DNA from: Tubiluchus corallicola
Lineage: Eukaryota; Animalia; Priapulida
DNA length: 64,000 nucleotides
Assembly (NCBI GenBank): GCA_030141605.1
Contig: JAQGDQ010002366.1
Coordinates: 876,660 to 940,659, forward strand
Reading direction: 5' to 3'
The first letter of the stretch is position 1. Each line of letters begins with the position of its first letter. Made by a program: the position numbers and the translations under genes. Shown here in pieces: positions 12,331 through 26,242 of this stretch. Below the pieces are notes generated by a model that saw only the letters and a list, made by a program, of their open reading frames with translations, was not told the origin of the DNA and did no database searches.

Positions 12331-14864
12331 GGCCGAGAAAAATAAGATACTGTTGAGGGCGTCTCTAACTATCCAAAATTCTGTGCTGATAAGCACTTAC
12401 ATATACGTTAGCGGCTTGGTTAAATATTTATTTCAAGAGTTGAGGTACTCTGGCGAGACAAGTTTAAACCGCTTCTACTTACAGAATTTTATCCGACTTG
12501 ATAAGTTACTTTAGAAACACAGTTACCGAAAAAAGTTACGAGCCAGCAGGTTTTGAACCAAGAGCCTTGGATTTTACTATTTCTGTAGTTAAACTCATGT
12601 CTCGCTTTTGCACTTGCTATTTTCCACGAATGTACTGCATAAATGATAAAACTCAAGAGACGAAAAGCTGGTTTTTGGAGCCAAAGAGGTGAATAGCCAA
12701 GGAGGTCATCTCAGATTTATTTAATCAGCCTATTTTTTTATTTAGTTGGGACATGAAATTGTCCACGCAACCGACGTCCAAGAGTTAAATGAAGCCAGTC
12801 AGGTCACGTGTTACTCTTGAAAGGGTCTCTGATGATCTGCAAGGCGGGTGGTTCTAATGAATACTGGCAGCAGTGTGTACTGAGTTTGCCATTAGCCTCC
12901 TGCCTTACATTGCCTCACAATAGAAGCATTAACATGCAGAAATTGCTACGCATGAAGGGGCAAGCACAGGGTTTTTATGAAGGGCATACCCAAGTAGTGT
13001 TTAAAACAGGAGGGATAACGTATTAAGAGAGTGCTGGCAAGTGTACGAATGGCGGAGCGTAAATTAACGTGGCTGAGGACGGAACCAAAATCGAACAGGG
13101 CTGAACAAATGCGCAGATTTACTGGAAAATGTTACCTTTATCTGGAAGGCGTAGATGTTTGCGGTTTTTTGTGATTGTGATTCTTTGTAGGTTTTTTGGA
13201 TTAGATAAATGTATGGTGTACTGAATTTAATGTGTGTTGGCAAATACGAGCATGAACGTGAGCTTTCGAAACTCACCCAGAGACTGCCCAAATGCATGGT
13301 GCAGACAGAGAAATACATACAAAATGTCTTACGATTAAAGCAGTATTCAGTTATAAAAACACTTAATGGTAGCAATGCAAACAAATGAAATCAGGAGTAC
13401 TTAAAATGTCAATTAGCAAGTTAGGTAACAAGTTAGTAACAAATAAAATACGTACTTTTTAAAATAGTGGAACTGAAATCCTTTTGCCCAAGGAGAAATT
13501 TCAGCCCATTGTTGGATAGCAGTATATCAAGGATTTCGGTAGCTGTAACTAGCGTGTATGGCAGGAGGATAAAAGTTACCAATAGTTCTACCAGTAAAAC
13601 AGTTATGGATTTGTTGAACGGAGTTAAATAATTGACAAATGTAGGGGGAAGAAGCCATTATAATATTTGTACAAAAACAATGGACATTCACGGTGATACA
13701 GTTAGTTAATTGTCAACATTGTTTGTTTGTTGTAACGCTTTGTTTGCATATTATGAGGCTGAGTAATGATTGTAGATAGCTTATTTATCGAAAATATTTG
13801 TGTGATGTGTAAATTGCTGCTGTTGTCGCCGTTGCCGATGCCACGGCTGCTACTACTGCTATCACCACTACCACCATCATTATCACCATTATCACTACTA
13901 CTACCGCTATCATTACTACTTCTATTACTATTTGGACGAAAGCAATTAAAGTTGCGAGAAAGTAAAAGGTGCGAGTCGAGTCTGCAAAAGCCATAAAGCA
14001 GATTGTCGTCAATAGTACAATCGCGTTGAAATTTTACTGAACCACAAAAAATTTTAGTAACAAGTCTTAGAAGTATTAGTAAAAAATCATTTCTTTATTA
14101 CTTGATCTTTATTTTATTTTGGGGAAGCATGGTTATTATTGATTTGTAGCGATCTTTGAGCACTGGGCTTCAGCAGACACTGTGACTGATTGAGCAACTG
14201 TGCATGTTACGTCACTTGAATGCCATTATGAATATGGCTTCACGCGATGACACGTCTCAATTTGAGATGCTGCGTAGATTGATGACAAATGGGTTGGCTG
14301 CCTCTTTCCCACTAACCAATAAATCCCCGGTGACTTCCCTCAAACTAATTGTTTTGCTTTGCTGCTGTGTTATTCACGTGGAACACTCTAGCAAGGAGTG
14401 AGCAGAATTCTTGTTGACAGGCTGGGAAGAAATGTTTTATTGGCGTAACAAGCAAGCTCTAAAACTCGCCAAGCCAAGCCGTAAAATGTAACAAGACTGT
14501 TCTTGGTTCACAATTAGACCTAATTGCATTACACACGAACCATGGCTGATTGCAAATGGGTATTTTTAGCCTTGTGTTCACTGCTGCATAAGTCTGATAG
14601 CGTCTGGAGTGCCTAATAACAACAGTCGTCACTATCGTCATCAACTAGCCTTAACGAATTTCAGCCAATGACTTTAACCTGCCTCCTAAATGGAATTCTC
14701 TAATCATAGTTGCTGAATCAAATCCGTTTAATTTACAAATCGATTAAGTGTGTAGTCAGAGCATAGGTTAGTTGAAGCGCCTTGGTACGGTAGACTGTAA
14801 TATTTCATAAAAATGTTGCGTTATGTTCCATGCAGCAAACTTGGCTTTATATAGCCGATATCAT

Positions 14865-15247
14865 CAGGGCCGGGTTACGATCTTTTGGGGGGCACCTAAG
14901 CTAATGAAATTATGGCGGTCCCCTCAGATGGAGCCACCCTCTGACTTGCCCGCACCCGTCTTGAGTATTTTTTACTCGCGATATATTTCAGCAATAGCTT
15001 GAAGGAAATTTATTGAAGATTTTTAAACTAATCTAGAATAGCTATTTTAGTTTAACAGTAAACTCTTATTTATCAATAAAAATATTCTTTAAGAAATACT
15101 ACTATTTTACAATTCATTGCAAAGCAAATTAGCACATATTTCAACACAACCGTAGTGCAAAGACAGATTTTTTTATTAAATGTATTATCAAAGCTTGAGA
15201 CGCCTTAGGCCGCAGCCTACGCTAGCCTATAGGATAACTCGACCCTA
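14865..15247. mobile_element. hAT-like MITE (CAGGGCCGG-type termini), degenerate
   Basis: cagggccgggtta ... taactcgacccta inverted ends; TSD not convincingly preserved. Confidence 0.55.
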
Positions 15248-18200
15248 CTTGCCATGTACTGACATCTGTCCAAGCTCTATATGTTTGAATGAATGACTAG
15301 TAAGTTCTTACGTTTAACCAGGTCTTATTATATCGGCAGGCTGCAGGACCATTAGGTTAAGGTGTCTCGATTCACAGTGACTATGTAGTTCCTGCACCTT
15401 TCTAAAACTTTGTTCAAGACATGTATAAATGTATGAGAAGCCATACTGTACTTTCAAGTTACTGGTTTCTGCGACTTTCTAGACTTGGGGCTCAAGTATC
15501 TATTCCAACACAAACAATACAAATAAACCAATTCCCAAATTACGTTACTTACTTCCTCATTTTCAAGTACTGACCCGAGCCTAAAGTTCGGCCGGCCCTA
15601 AAAAAATTTCCCATAGGCCAGTTTATTGGAGAAATTGATCTGAAATACTTTACTTAACATGCAACAAAAAGAAAAAAGAAAAATCATAGTGTTGCAATTA
15701 ATTCCCACAAATCGGTATTCCTACTAGGCTAAAAGTGTCAAACATCCAACAACACTGATGACTTATGAAATCGCTGTTAGTCTAATTGAAAGACTAAATA
15801 ATGCGAGTGAAACATCGTATGTTTTTATAGTATCGGAAAATTCTAACTTCAACGTAAGGGGCTAGAGGATATAATCGCGCTCCAAAACCAATTTCATTAG
15901 CTCACACATAGTCACCACATGCCTGAACGTGCCGACAAAGTTTTTACGCGAGAAAATTTGTGATTTATGCTTTCCAATGTTTACTCAGAGAGCGTGGGAA
16001 ACACCAGGTTTCTTTACGACGACGTCTTGTCTGTGCTGAGAAGCCAGTAGAAATGAATGGTCAAACTGTGGGATGTATGGCAAACTGCATCCAAATATTC
16101 CACCGTTCATTCACCATCGGAAAATACACTTATTAACGTTTGTATAGTAAAATTGTACTTTGCTGCATATGTACTTTCCTTTATAGCATATACTGAAGTA
16201 ATCTTCTTTATGTAGCATTATTTGATTTGCACTTATTTGTGTTCTTAAGGGCACTTGAATTTTCTGAACTATTTTAAGCACATTGCATATGTATCCATTT
16301 TGATCTAATGTATTATGCAGTAGTTGTGTATAGGTAAAAACATGTCTGTCCTTCTTTTTGACGGGCGGTTTCTTCAGTTTTTTTGGTTGATAAAACATAT
16401 TTAATCTTTAGTTTAATGTTTAGAAATATTTAAACATACTTAGTACATACTCCAATTCAAAACTGACTGTTTATTAAAATTTTCTCAAGAATTTTACAGA
16501 GCAAGTTTAAGCAGCTTGTTGCAAATTAAGTTTAAGTAGCTTTATACTTTGAATGACAAATTACTTTGTGTTTTAACTTATATAATTAAATATTAGTATT
16601 TTATTATTAGCATGGCGTCGTTCATTAATTATGCCACTTTAATTAAAAGACTTCCTATTTCGTGATGTGTGTGGTACCATTGGTTATTGGATTGCGTTAA
16701 ATTTGTAAGTTATTCAAGTCCTTTTCAGTTTAAGAGCCTCTTTGAACTCTTTCCTAGCTTTCAATTGTGCAAACCTGTTCTGCATGCATCATCTACACTC
16801 ATTAATTTAGCAGCTGATTTGCATACTGTAATAAGTGTTGCATCCAATTAACCTAAATGATTACGTGTTAGTGTATCAGTCAATCAGGAAGTCCACTCGT
16901 TCCGTCTATTTGTTATTAGTTAACGGGTGCTGTTGATTAGTGTCATCGTGCATTGTCCTTCTAGTTGAGTGACCAGTGTCCAGTGGCCCGATGGTCAACG
17001 GGAACGCGAAGTTTTATTAAATTGTGAGGCTGTATCAATAAGCATGCGCCGCTTAATATAGAGTAGTAGGCGATGCAGTGAATTCATCCATTGATTGACT
17101 CATACATATAGGACATGCAGGGCTCTGTTATCAGCTCTAGACAGGCTGTATATATTGAATCAATAGACAGAGCTGCTCAATAATTTGCCCAGAGCGTGAG
17201 CTATAAGCTTTTGTGTCCGAAAAAATGCTACTTCGTCCGCTTACTGTTATAAATATTCATCAAAGAAGCCACATCGCTCGCGAGTGCTGTAGTCTGCAGG
17301 GTCAAGCCACTTCGACAATCCTTCATTGTTTAACTAAAATTTTAGAGACTTCCCTCTGTCAATAGAGGCGCAAAGCAATAACAAACTGGTTGTACAGTAT
17401 GTATCATTTCATTCATTTATATATAGCTGGCTGCTTTTGGCATCAGCTATTCTTAGGCGAGCTTGGAACGAGTATTTGAAATGTGTATGCTTTGCTGCTT
17501 TTGGTTATTACACAACAGAAAAACTCTGCTACAGTATGAGAAACGAGACAATTTTTGACTGATTGGCGTTTATTTAGTTTCTCCAGCTTTTAAGCCTTGC
17601 AGTTCTTAACTAAATCAGTATTTCTCTGATTTAGTAAAACCATTTGTGTCGACGATGACAGCGCGTGACAAGATACTACTGATTTTGGTGGTAACTGCTA
17701 ACAGCTCCCTTAATGAGTTTTATCCGTTCAGGGATTTTTCTTTTTGGGCACACAATAGTAAACCAGATGGTAGTTTGTTCTCTCTGCGTGGTTCATGTGC
17801 CTTCAGCGGCCGCTTTCCATAAAATAGTATCAAAAAGTGGTCAAATAAAGCGGAGAACGGTCAGCCAAACTTGACATGAATTTCCTGATACGTCAATTGC
17901 GCTTAGCTTATGCTGTTGGTTTATTGTACTTTAATGTATGATTTAATAGGAAGCCATGCCTAAATTATATAACAAATATTGCTTCAAACTACACGGATGT
18001 ACATGAAATAGATCGCTAAACTGTGTTCTGTGTTTGGAAAATTATTTCCATTCAATATGAAGGAACATTGCATATTTGGAAGTTTGTTTACTGTGTACCA
18101 GGTCCAAAATTGCTTTGCTCTTTATAGATTTCTCTTTTTGAATGGTTTCAGTGAATCAGTTAACATTAGCGTCAATTATTTGCACGACGACACTCATAAT

Positions 18201-19877
18201 AAAATTTATAACTTCTGTTATTGACTAAACTATAGGTTTCACCCTTTAGCTTCAAGAGTCTAATACGTCTTGTCCATAATATGTCCATTGCCCATCAGTT
18301 AGGTTCCTAACTGGCTAACTCATACAGAAATAGAACTGTATTGATGGCGTTTTCCGGCACTCATCGAATAAAAATATTTTGCATTATTTGTCGTTAAAAC
18401 GGTTTTGTTTGTTTTTTAATGGAAAAAGGAAAGCACTTGATACGTAAGTGTACACTTATTTCAAACAACTCTTGCAAATACAAGAGCAACATCTGTATAT
18501 GTGTTTCTTTGCTAATAAATAATAAATAGTAATAATGGGTTAATGGTCTGCAAGAGCACTTATTATTCGCCGACTAATGTATTTTATACTTTATTTTTGT
18601 TTATTCTTAAAAGAATCTTAATACACACGCACACCAGCTAAGGTGTTTGGAACTATCAAGTTCAATGTCATGCTAAGTTATGTCCAGTCATTCCAGCGTG
18701 TTGCTGTTTCCGACCACTCTGTACTCTAACAGTTCGAGAAAACCGAAATTCTTTCGTCCTTTTAATTCAGATTTAATTACAGAAAGCGGTTGTAATATTG
18801 CCTTTCTTATGTAATGTGGCAAATTAGTCATTGCACGCATACCTTTTCTATTTTTTTGCATGACTCTTTGGGCTTCAAACCAGCAACTGTGTTTCTCCAG
18901 CGAGCGTAACGAGTTTCCCCAGGGAATCGTTTTAAAACAACAGACCGCTAATGATACGAGAAACTGTGACAATACTGTAAATGTTGATTCGTTCCGCAGT
19001 TTTTCCTGGCTAACATTTTACTTTATTAAACTGAACGCATCTGCTTTGTGCGATCATGTGCTTTGTCAAAACTGAAAGTCGCCGACCTTTTGATCTGCAG
19101 CTCGTTCAACCCTTTAATATCATCTAGTGCTGCAATTAGAATAACGTAGTGGACTGGGTCGAGTACCTTTATTCTTTTATTATGAATTTTTATTTATCTT
19201 TCAAACTTATATCTTTAAAAAGTATATTCATTGTGATGATGCTGTAATTCATGACGGGCGCTGTTACTGGAGCCGTCAATTTTGTAATTATTACAAGCTC
19301 TAAAACTAATTACATGTCGTCGCATAATTATTGATGTAGTTAGGTGAGGTAGTTATCCTACTAAGGAAATGAGTACTTCGGTATAATAAAGACAATCAAC
19401 AAGACAGCCATGCAATTGCAAAAATCGCAATCAAAATGATTTTATTTTGTCCTATGTCGAATTCAGCAAAAATTCCTGAACGAGATGTCTCTGACACAAA
19501 ATGGTAAAAAAAATTTGCAGATACTTTAAGACGTTCTAATCGTTTTTACCAGCAACGACGTCGTTTGACTGGCTTCATTACCCCGTATCCTGTCTAAACA
19601 ACTCCTTCTACTGATAACCCTGGTTAAAATGCTATGTAGCGAGTCTAATCAATCTTTGGCCAGCGCTCAGAAGATTGGGAAGCACCCGCAACTTTTCCAA
19701 TTACGCCTAACAGAACGCGGAAATTAGTCTGATTTTTACTTGTTTCGTGCACACTGATTACGCAGTTAAATGTAGCGCAATGTTTCTGAGTTAAAAATTC
19801 CTCGGTAAAACTTGGAAAGAATTTTCTAATTGTTGGTACTGCGAATTTGATAAGCAGTAACTTATATCCTCAATTGT

Positions 19878-20660
19878 CAAAGCTGGCTCTACCGCCACTT
19901 GGCAAACTAGGCAGTTGCCTAGGCCGCTAAATTTTGGGGGGCGACAAATTCTGCAAGTAATTCCTTAATTTTTACTTTTAACTTAAGTAATAACATAGTG
20001 ACTGACGCGTTACCAAGTTCTTGTCCACAGTTTATATTATATGCATAGGACAGGAGACAAAGTAATGAATTCCATTAATAAAAAAGTTTCTTGCTTTAGC
20101 TTTTATCTAATTATGGCAAATAAACCTATAAGAATCGAAGCCGTCATGAGCATAATACATTATAATACAGGAAACTAAAAGTAAAAAAGCCGGTGTACAT
20201 CGGCAAAATTTTAAATATAGTACATGTATTTGCAAACAGACTAGAGTTATATAGTTGTGAAGGTGATGATGTCAATCATATCAGTGAAATGGATGTATAT
20301 GAAAAAAGGAGTCAGACCCAGTCAGAGTTTCAAATTTTTCTGATAAAACGGCTAAGTGAAAATCTAGCCATGAGAATGTACATGAAGACCGCGTAGCAGA
20401 AATTGTAGAAATTTTAATTGCTCCTGAAGATGCAGGAAGCACAAGCTCAATTTCAAATGTAGACAGATAATTGACTTTACTTAATTACACTACATAATGC
20501 GTGAATAGGCCCAACACCCAAGTACCGTTATAGTTTAATACATTCAACAAAAATTCGATTTTGTAGGTGGGTGCATGGGGTCTGTGGGGAAACAGTTGAC
20601 CGTTGAGGAGGGGGCGCTAAAAATACTTTTGCTTAGAGCATTAAATTAGAGCCGACCCTG
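19878..20660. mobile_element. hAT-like MITE
   Basis: Ends caaagctggctcta / (rc) cagggtcggctcta; 8-bp TSD tcaattgt / tccattat (6 of 8 match). Confidence 0.65.
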
Positions 20661-23600
20661 TCCATTATTATAATATGTATTCATGGTGTGGATATAACGT
20701 GAAATTTTCACGCTACAGTATATCAAGTTAAACAAGAAATTTTCGTGCAATATCAAGTTACACGCGCAAAATTTTAATACGTTGTGTCTGACGTAATTTT
20801 AGTCAAATAACAGGCCGCCTTAAGCATTTTTATGCGAACCACATTTCGTTTTAAGAAAATAAAGAACAAATACACCTCAAATCATTTCTTGAAATAAGTT
20901 ACCCTCCATTAGGCAAAGACACCATACGTTTTATTTGGGCGCTGTCTCTTTATTAACAAAAACCAGAAGATAAATTTGGTTACTCGCCTTATTATAATTT
21001 GCCGTGGTTGACTGCGAGCAATCTGTTGCTAGATTATCTTTGCCAGTCATATTGTTTTTCTTTGACAGTATGGATGCCGTCTCATCTGCGAGCTGCTTAA
21101 TATTCATGCGTCTCAGCTCCCCTGGGTCATCTCCGTTTCGTCAAATTACCAAACCGATTCTTACATTAGCATTAATCTCTTTGAAGCTATGTTCAAAAGC
21201 AACAAGCGGGTGTAGCATTTACTTAGATTACTGTATGGTCTCCACACGTCCTGAAGTTCGTGAATACGTCTAATCAACGGCCGCTGTTTGTTCTTTATAT
21301 TTGACATGGCGTGTAGGAGTGTGTGGCATTGAGCACGAAATGTTGAAAGTACCAATTCCTTTGTTTCTTTAACTTTTACGTCTTCATTTTATTCTTCAGG
21401 TTCTTGACAGTGAACTCGAGGTTGAGAACGAAAGTTGTGGCTTTTGAGGGTGGCTCTTTATTTAGATGAACGTGTAAGACGTACATATATATATATATAT
21501 ATATGCCTTCATTCACTTAAACTTTTTGTGAGACGTACTGAGTAAAAAGCTTTTAGTGACTTTTACTCGAACAGGGTTGTTGTTTCTTATCTGAAAAACT
21601 TTCAAACAAAATTAAATTTAAGTAGATTTTTGATTTTTTAATAGGCACTATAAGTGCAAGCGTCTCCCAAGTATCTTTGATTTGATGATTTTTTTGTGTA
21701 AATACTTGTTTTTAATAATTGTCTGTGTGTGTGTGTGTGTGTGTGTGTGCTGTGAAATAAAGTATGTACATTAAATTAAATTAATAAGTCCACGACATGT
21801 ATTATGTACAATACTATCTAATACAGCTAAGTAAAAGCTCTTGAATTTGTAATAAATTGGTGAAAATGCAGTATTTAAGTAATCATGAAATGCAAGTTAA
21901 AAGCAATAGTTTAAAACCATTTTACGAGCTTCAAAAATGCAATTGAATTTACTTTTTCATTTCGTTTGTCAAGTGCTTAAACAAGTACTTTCTGATGCAG
22001 TGCGAACATTTTTAACTAATTGTATTGTAAAACTTAGCAATGGGAAAACTTCATACAAAAGTCTGGCCTCTGAGTTTTGCTAATTGTTGACTTATAGGAT
22101 ATTTTTTATTTTAAATTTATTACATACATTTAAAAATACATTGATTTGATGTTACGTTGATATACAACCCACATTCTCACTATTTACTGAAAGATTTGTT
22201 TTACTTCTATACTGCGTACGTACAGACTTTATTTAAAGTCGGTTTTCACAACAATAAACATTAGCACATGTGCCGGTTTTCACCGACAAAATAAGTGTAT
22301 TAAAGGTGCGTTTTCTGTAAATATGCCAACTTATTTTGTCCTTGTTTCATTAAAACACGCTGTGATTAAATACGGATCTAAAAAGTCCACGACGGGTATT
22401 GTATTTTCTGTCTGGTGTAAAACGCAGTTTGTATGTTACACTTGGATGTGAACTTTAGCAACAATTTTGCGAGAAGCACAGTAAAAACTAGTGATTACTT
22501 GCCATTTTGAAATGATTTGCACTAACAAATTGCCGAGTCCTCTATTCGGAAGCCCTAATTGAGTTAATTCTCCAACTAGCGCAAATGAGATTACTAGTAG
22601 CTGATTTAAGCGCATCAGATACTTTCAAGAATTTTGCAGCATGCGAGTTCAGTCGCAGTTCCTCGTATGATTTGCTCCACAGCTATTTTTTCTTGTTGGA
22701 CTTTTAATATTCAAGTCCTTGAGCACTCTTTGAAGAGTTGATCTGTATTCACTTAGTTTGCGTGTAAAAATTTTGTAACATTTTTGTGGCGGTCAGTAGA
22801 TTTTCTTGCTCGAGTCTGTTGTACGGTACAGTGACGCATTAAACTCATGTAGGCGAGAAGCTCAATTTTCACAACAAAGAATAACTCGTTCTTAACAGGG
22901 CTCAAGCGCATTCCTCACTCCAGCTTCTTTAAGCCCAGAATTCGCAAGTAGACGGGTTCATCCCGAGGTTATGATTTGAATCCAACTCAAGAAAACAATG
23001 AGATTCTGTACATTTCCCGAAGAAATGAGACTTTATATACGAAATACAAATCTCCACCAAGCAAGGCCAGCAGATAAACCTACTCAGTAACAAGACTAGT
23101 GAGAACGTGAATAATGTGTAAAAATATAATTCTTCTAAGTGATTTGCTAGTGATGGGGAGGTATTCGTTTTTCTTGATGCAATGAGACTGTAGTTAACAA
23201 AGAAACAAGTTTCTAATTAAAACTACCTTTATGACAACTTATAAGGAGATGTGTGGCCTAGTTGTCGTGGCGTTTAAGTTCTAAAGTTAACTTCTAAAAA
23301 TGTAATTACTTCTTGAGCACCTCAATGCGATTTTCAGCTTGGCACCTTGGGTACATAATAAATATGTTATTACTTATTCATAAAGTATTTTGAAGTTTTG
23401 TGCTGCAATGGTGTTGTGGCTGCATTTAATAAATTAAAATAAAAAATTTGTGTAATCTGAAGGTCCTTCTTTTTTCAAATCCAAGTTTAACTCTGACTTA
23501 GTCACGTCTCCCTTTCTTTTGGTTGGTGTGTTATTTTAATAATTCTGGTTCCATATTCTTGAAATTAATATTGTGAATACATGTACTTAATATTGCTGCC

Positions 23601-24626
23601 GCTGTTGGTGGGTTATAAATTGTACAAAGCAAATTTCACCATAATAAGTCGGTTTCTTTGCTGACTATTTTGTCACACAATTAATTTATCAACTGGAAAA
23701 ACGTTGAAGGTTATTACCAGATGTAAAGTTTTGTTAAACCTCGCGAATTTAGTAAGTTTGTTAACGGTTCAGTTTTACACATGATCTTATTTGTGTTTAA
23801 TTTCGTTTGTATACTATTTGAGAATTGAATTGAAAACATCGGGTACTGCAACGTGAACACAGCTTACGAGTTCACTAAACGATAACACGTTTTTTAGAAA
23901 AATAAAGCAGACTTTGTGGCAAAAGCCGTTTAATTTTGAAACACATTTTCTGCTCATGGTTAAGAAGTGCCACATGCTTTATTGATACTTTCCACTTTTG
24001 TAGGGAGCCGGTTCCCACAAATTGCCCTCATCTGTGCATCGTCAGACAGATGAGGAGCAGCCGTGTCATTTTTTGACAGCCCTGTAGTAGACAAGAGTTA
24101 TTTTCTGAGCAGCTGGTCGTATGGAAAAGCAGGAATCGTGTTTACTGTAGGTCATCGTACACTCGTTTCAATCTCAGATTTTCAGTTAGCGTGTGGTTAA
24201 AACCATTTTATAGAGAATCCTGAAGTATTTTATGAAATGATGTAGCTTTTTTATATAGTTGGGAAGAACAACTATCGGATTTTTATTGTAGAAAATACAT
24301 GTCAAATAGCTATTGAAAAGTTACAATTGTTATATCATTGTCGTTTTGATTGGCATTTCATCATTGTAGTTTGTTTGGTGATTAAAAGATAAACAATTTT
24401 AATTTTAATCTTAAAAGATGTAGTTAAAATGTGTTCACATGGTTATTTAACATTATTCCAAATTAAGTCATATTAAGTCATAAATTTCACATCGTGGCTG
24501 ACTCCTATTGTTAGTAGGCCTATTTCACGTTTTTGCCGATCACATTACAAACAGATTGTTGAACCCACTCCTGCTGAACGTTCAGCGATACAGATGGGCA
24601 CCTACAGCAATTTTGAATGTGATCAC

Positions 24627-25124
24627 CAGGACCGGGTTAAGGCTTCAAGAGGCCCTAAGCATTGAAAAGGTTACGGTACCCCATAAATGTGTAATTCAGA
24701 ATAGAAACAATATTAAATTGCAAAATGAAATTTTATCTCTCGAAATGAAAAGAATTTGCAGTAAAATTTATTTACAGTAGTCACGTAGTCATCATCACCA
24801 CTAGGTGATAGAATACATACAGTCAAAAGTAACATTATCCTGTTTATAGTACACCAGATTGTTATAAGCATTACCACACTTCAAATATATTATCACTCAT
24901 GTCATAAATGTATCAATCCATGTCATCATATGGGCACTGAGCAGTTCAGTAGCCAGAATCTGTGCCCATCCTTACCGCCATATTGTAAACTAACACAAAA
25001 ACCGTTACGCATATTTCGGTAAATTTTACTTCTGGGTAATTATTCGATTTCAAAAAACTGTGTGGCCCCTCTTCCCCTGGTGCCTTTAGTACGTGCTTAT
25101 TTTGCTTAGTTCTGAGCTGGTCAT
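24627..25124. mobile_element. hAT-like MITE remnant
   Basis: Left end caggaccgggttaagg...ggccctaagc resembles the 14865 element; right end degenerate, no clear TSD. Confidence 0.4.
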
Positions 25125-25831
25125 CCACAGCAACATCGGCGGTGACGACGTCAGGATTGAATGACTACTTGGACCCTTTTCTTGAAATGGTTCCAGTAAC
25201 ACTTACGAGGTAACATTTCACATGGGCCCGGCTTTCTTACTTGTTATTAAATTTTGGTGGTTTATTTTCTTTCGCTGAATTTGTTGTTTTAGCACACATA
25301 GAAAGCAATTCCGAAGTCTCATAGACACAACAATTTTTAGACCAACATTTTTTAGTGTTCATGTTTTCCAACAAGGCGTGCTTACCCATCCAATTTTTCA
25401 AACTTTGTTTTTTGGAAATATTGTTTCTAAATGATTGACTTTACTGCTTTGTTATTTCATAAACTGTTTAACTAAACTTTCGTTTTATTAGCATCAGTAA
25501 TATGTAAAATGTTTTGAAAGTCAGAAGAAACCATGACATTTCATATGAAATTATGGCTAAGAGGCCTCTGCTGCTTCAGTATCTCATCTTCAAAAGATTA
25601 ACCTTGTTAATGGACCAGATTTCGATTCCGCCACAAGCATCAACATCGAGCAAACCTACCATTGGGTGCTAGATCTAACTTGCAGAATGCCAAGGGTTAT
25701 AATAAAAAATAAGTACTGAAAACGTCTTAAATTTGTTTCATATTAATTTTCTCATTTTAAATTTTTTCTGTTCATAATTATTGTGTTATCAAACTGTCCT
25801 TTTTTAAATTTAGTGTCCCGGAACTAACAGG

Positions 25832-26242
25832 CAGGGCTGGAGTACCCTATGGGCTTGTATAGGCTGCAGTCAGGGCCCCTCAAGCTTGGGGGCTCCCACT
25901 TTGCATTGCTGAATAATTCATATTACTTAAAATAAAATTTCAACTTTAAAAAAACGGGACCGGGAAGTCTTGAAAATCCAATTTTAAAGTGGCTCCTCAT
26001 TTGAAATAAATGGTCCCTGTTTGAGGCCCTTTATTAGAGACAAATGGCCCTTGTTTCAGGCCCTTTATATGAGATATACGCCCTTCTTTGAAGCCCTTTG
26101 TTTGAAATATAGGGCTCCCAACTATGCAATTGTTGCTAAAATATACCACAAGCAAAAATATTCGAGACGAGTGCGGGCAAATTGGAGGGTGCACCATAAT
26201 TTCATTAACCTAGGGGCTCCAAAAGGTCATAATCCGGCCCTG
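25832..26242. mobile_element. hAT-like MITE
   Basis: TIRs cagggctggagta / (rc) cagggccggatta; 8-bp TSD ctaacagg (25824-31) / ctaacaga (26243-50); internal ggccc motifs. Confidence 0.85.

Noticed and set aside
24026-24055. Isolated 10-bp hairpins (cctcatctgt/acagatgagg; also actaaatcag/ctgatttagt at 17609-35)
   Set aside because: Too short for a pre-miRNA, no supporting context, and a few such stems can occur by chance or as repeat debris in 64 kb.
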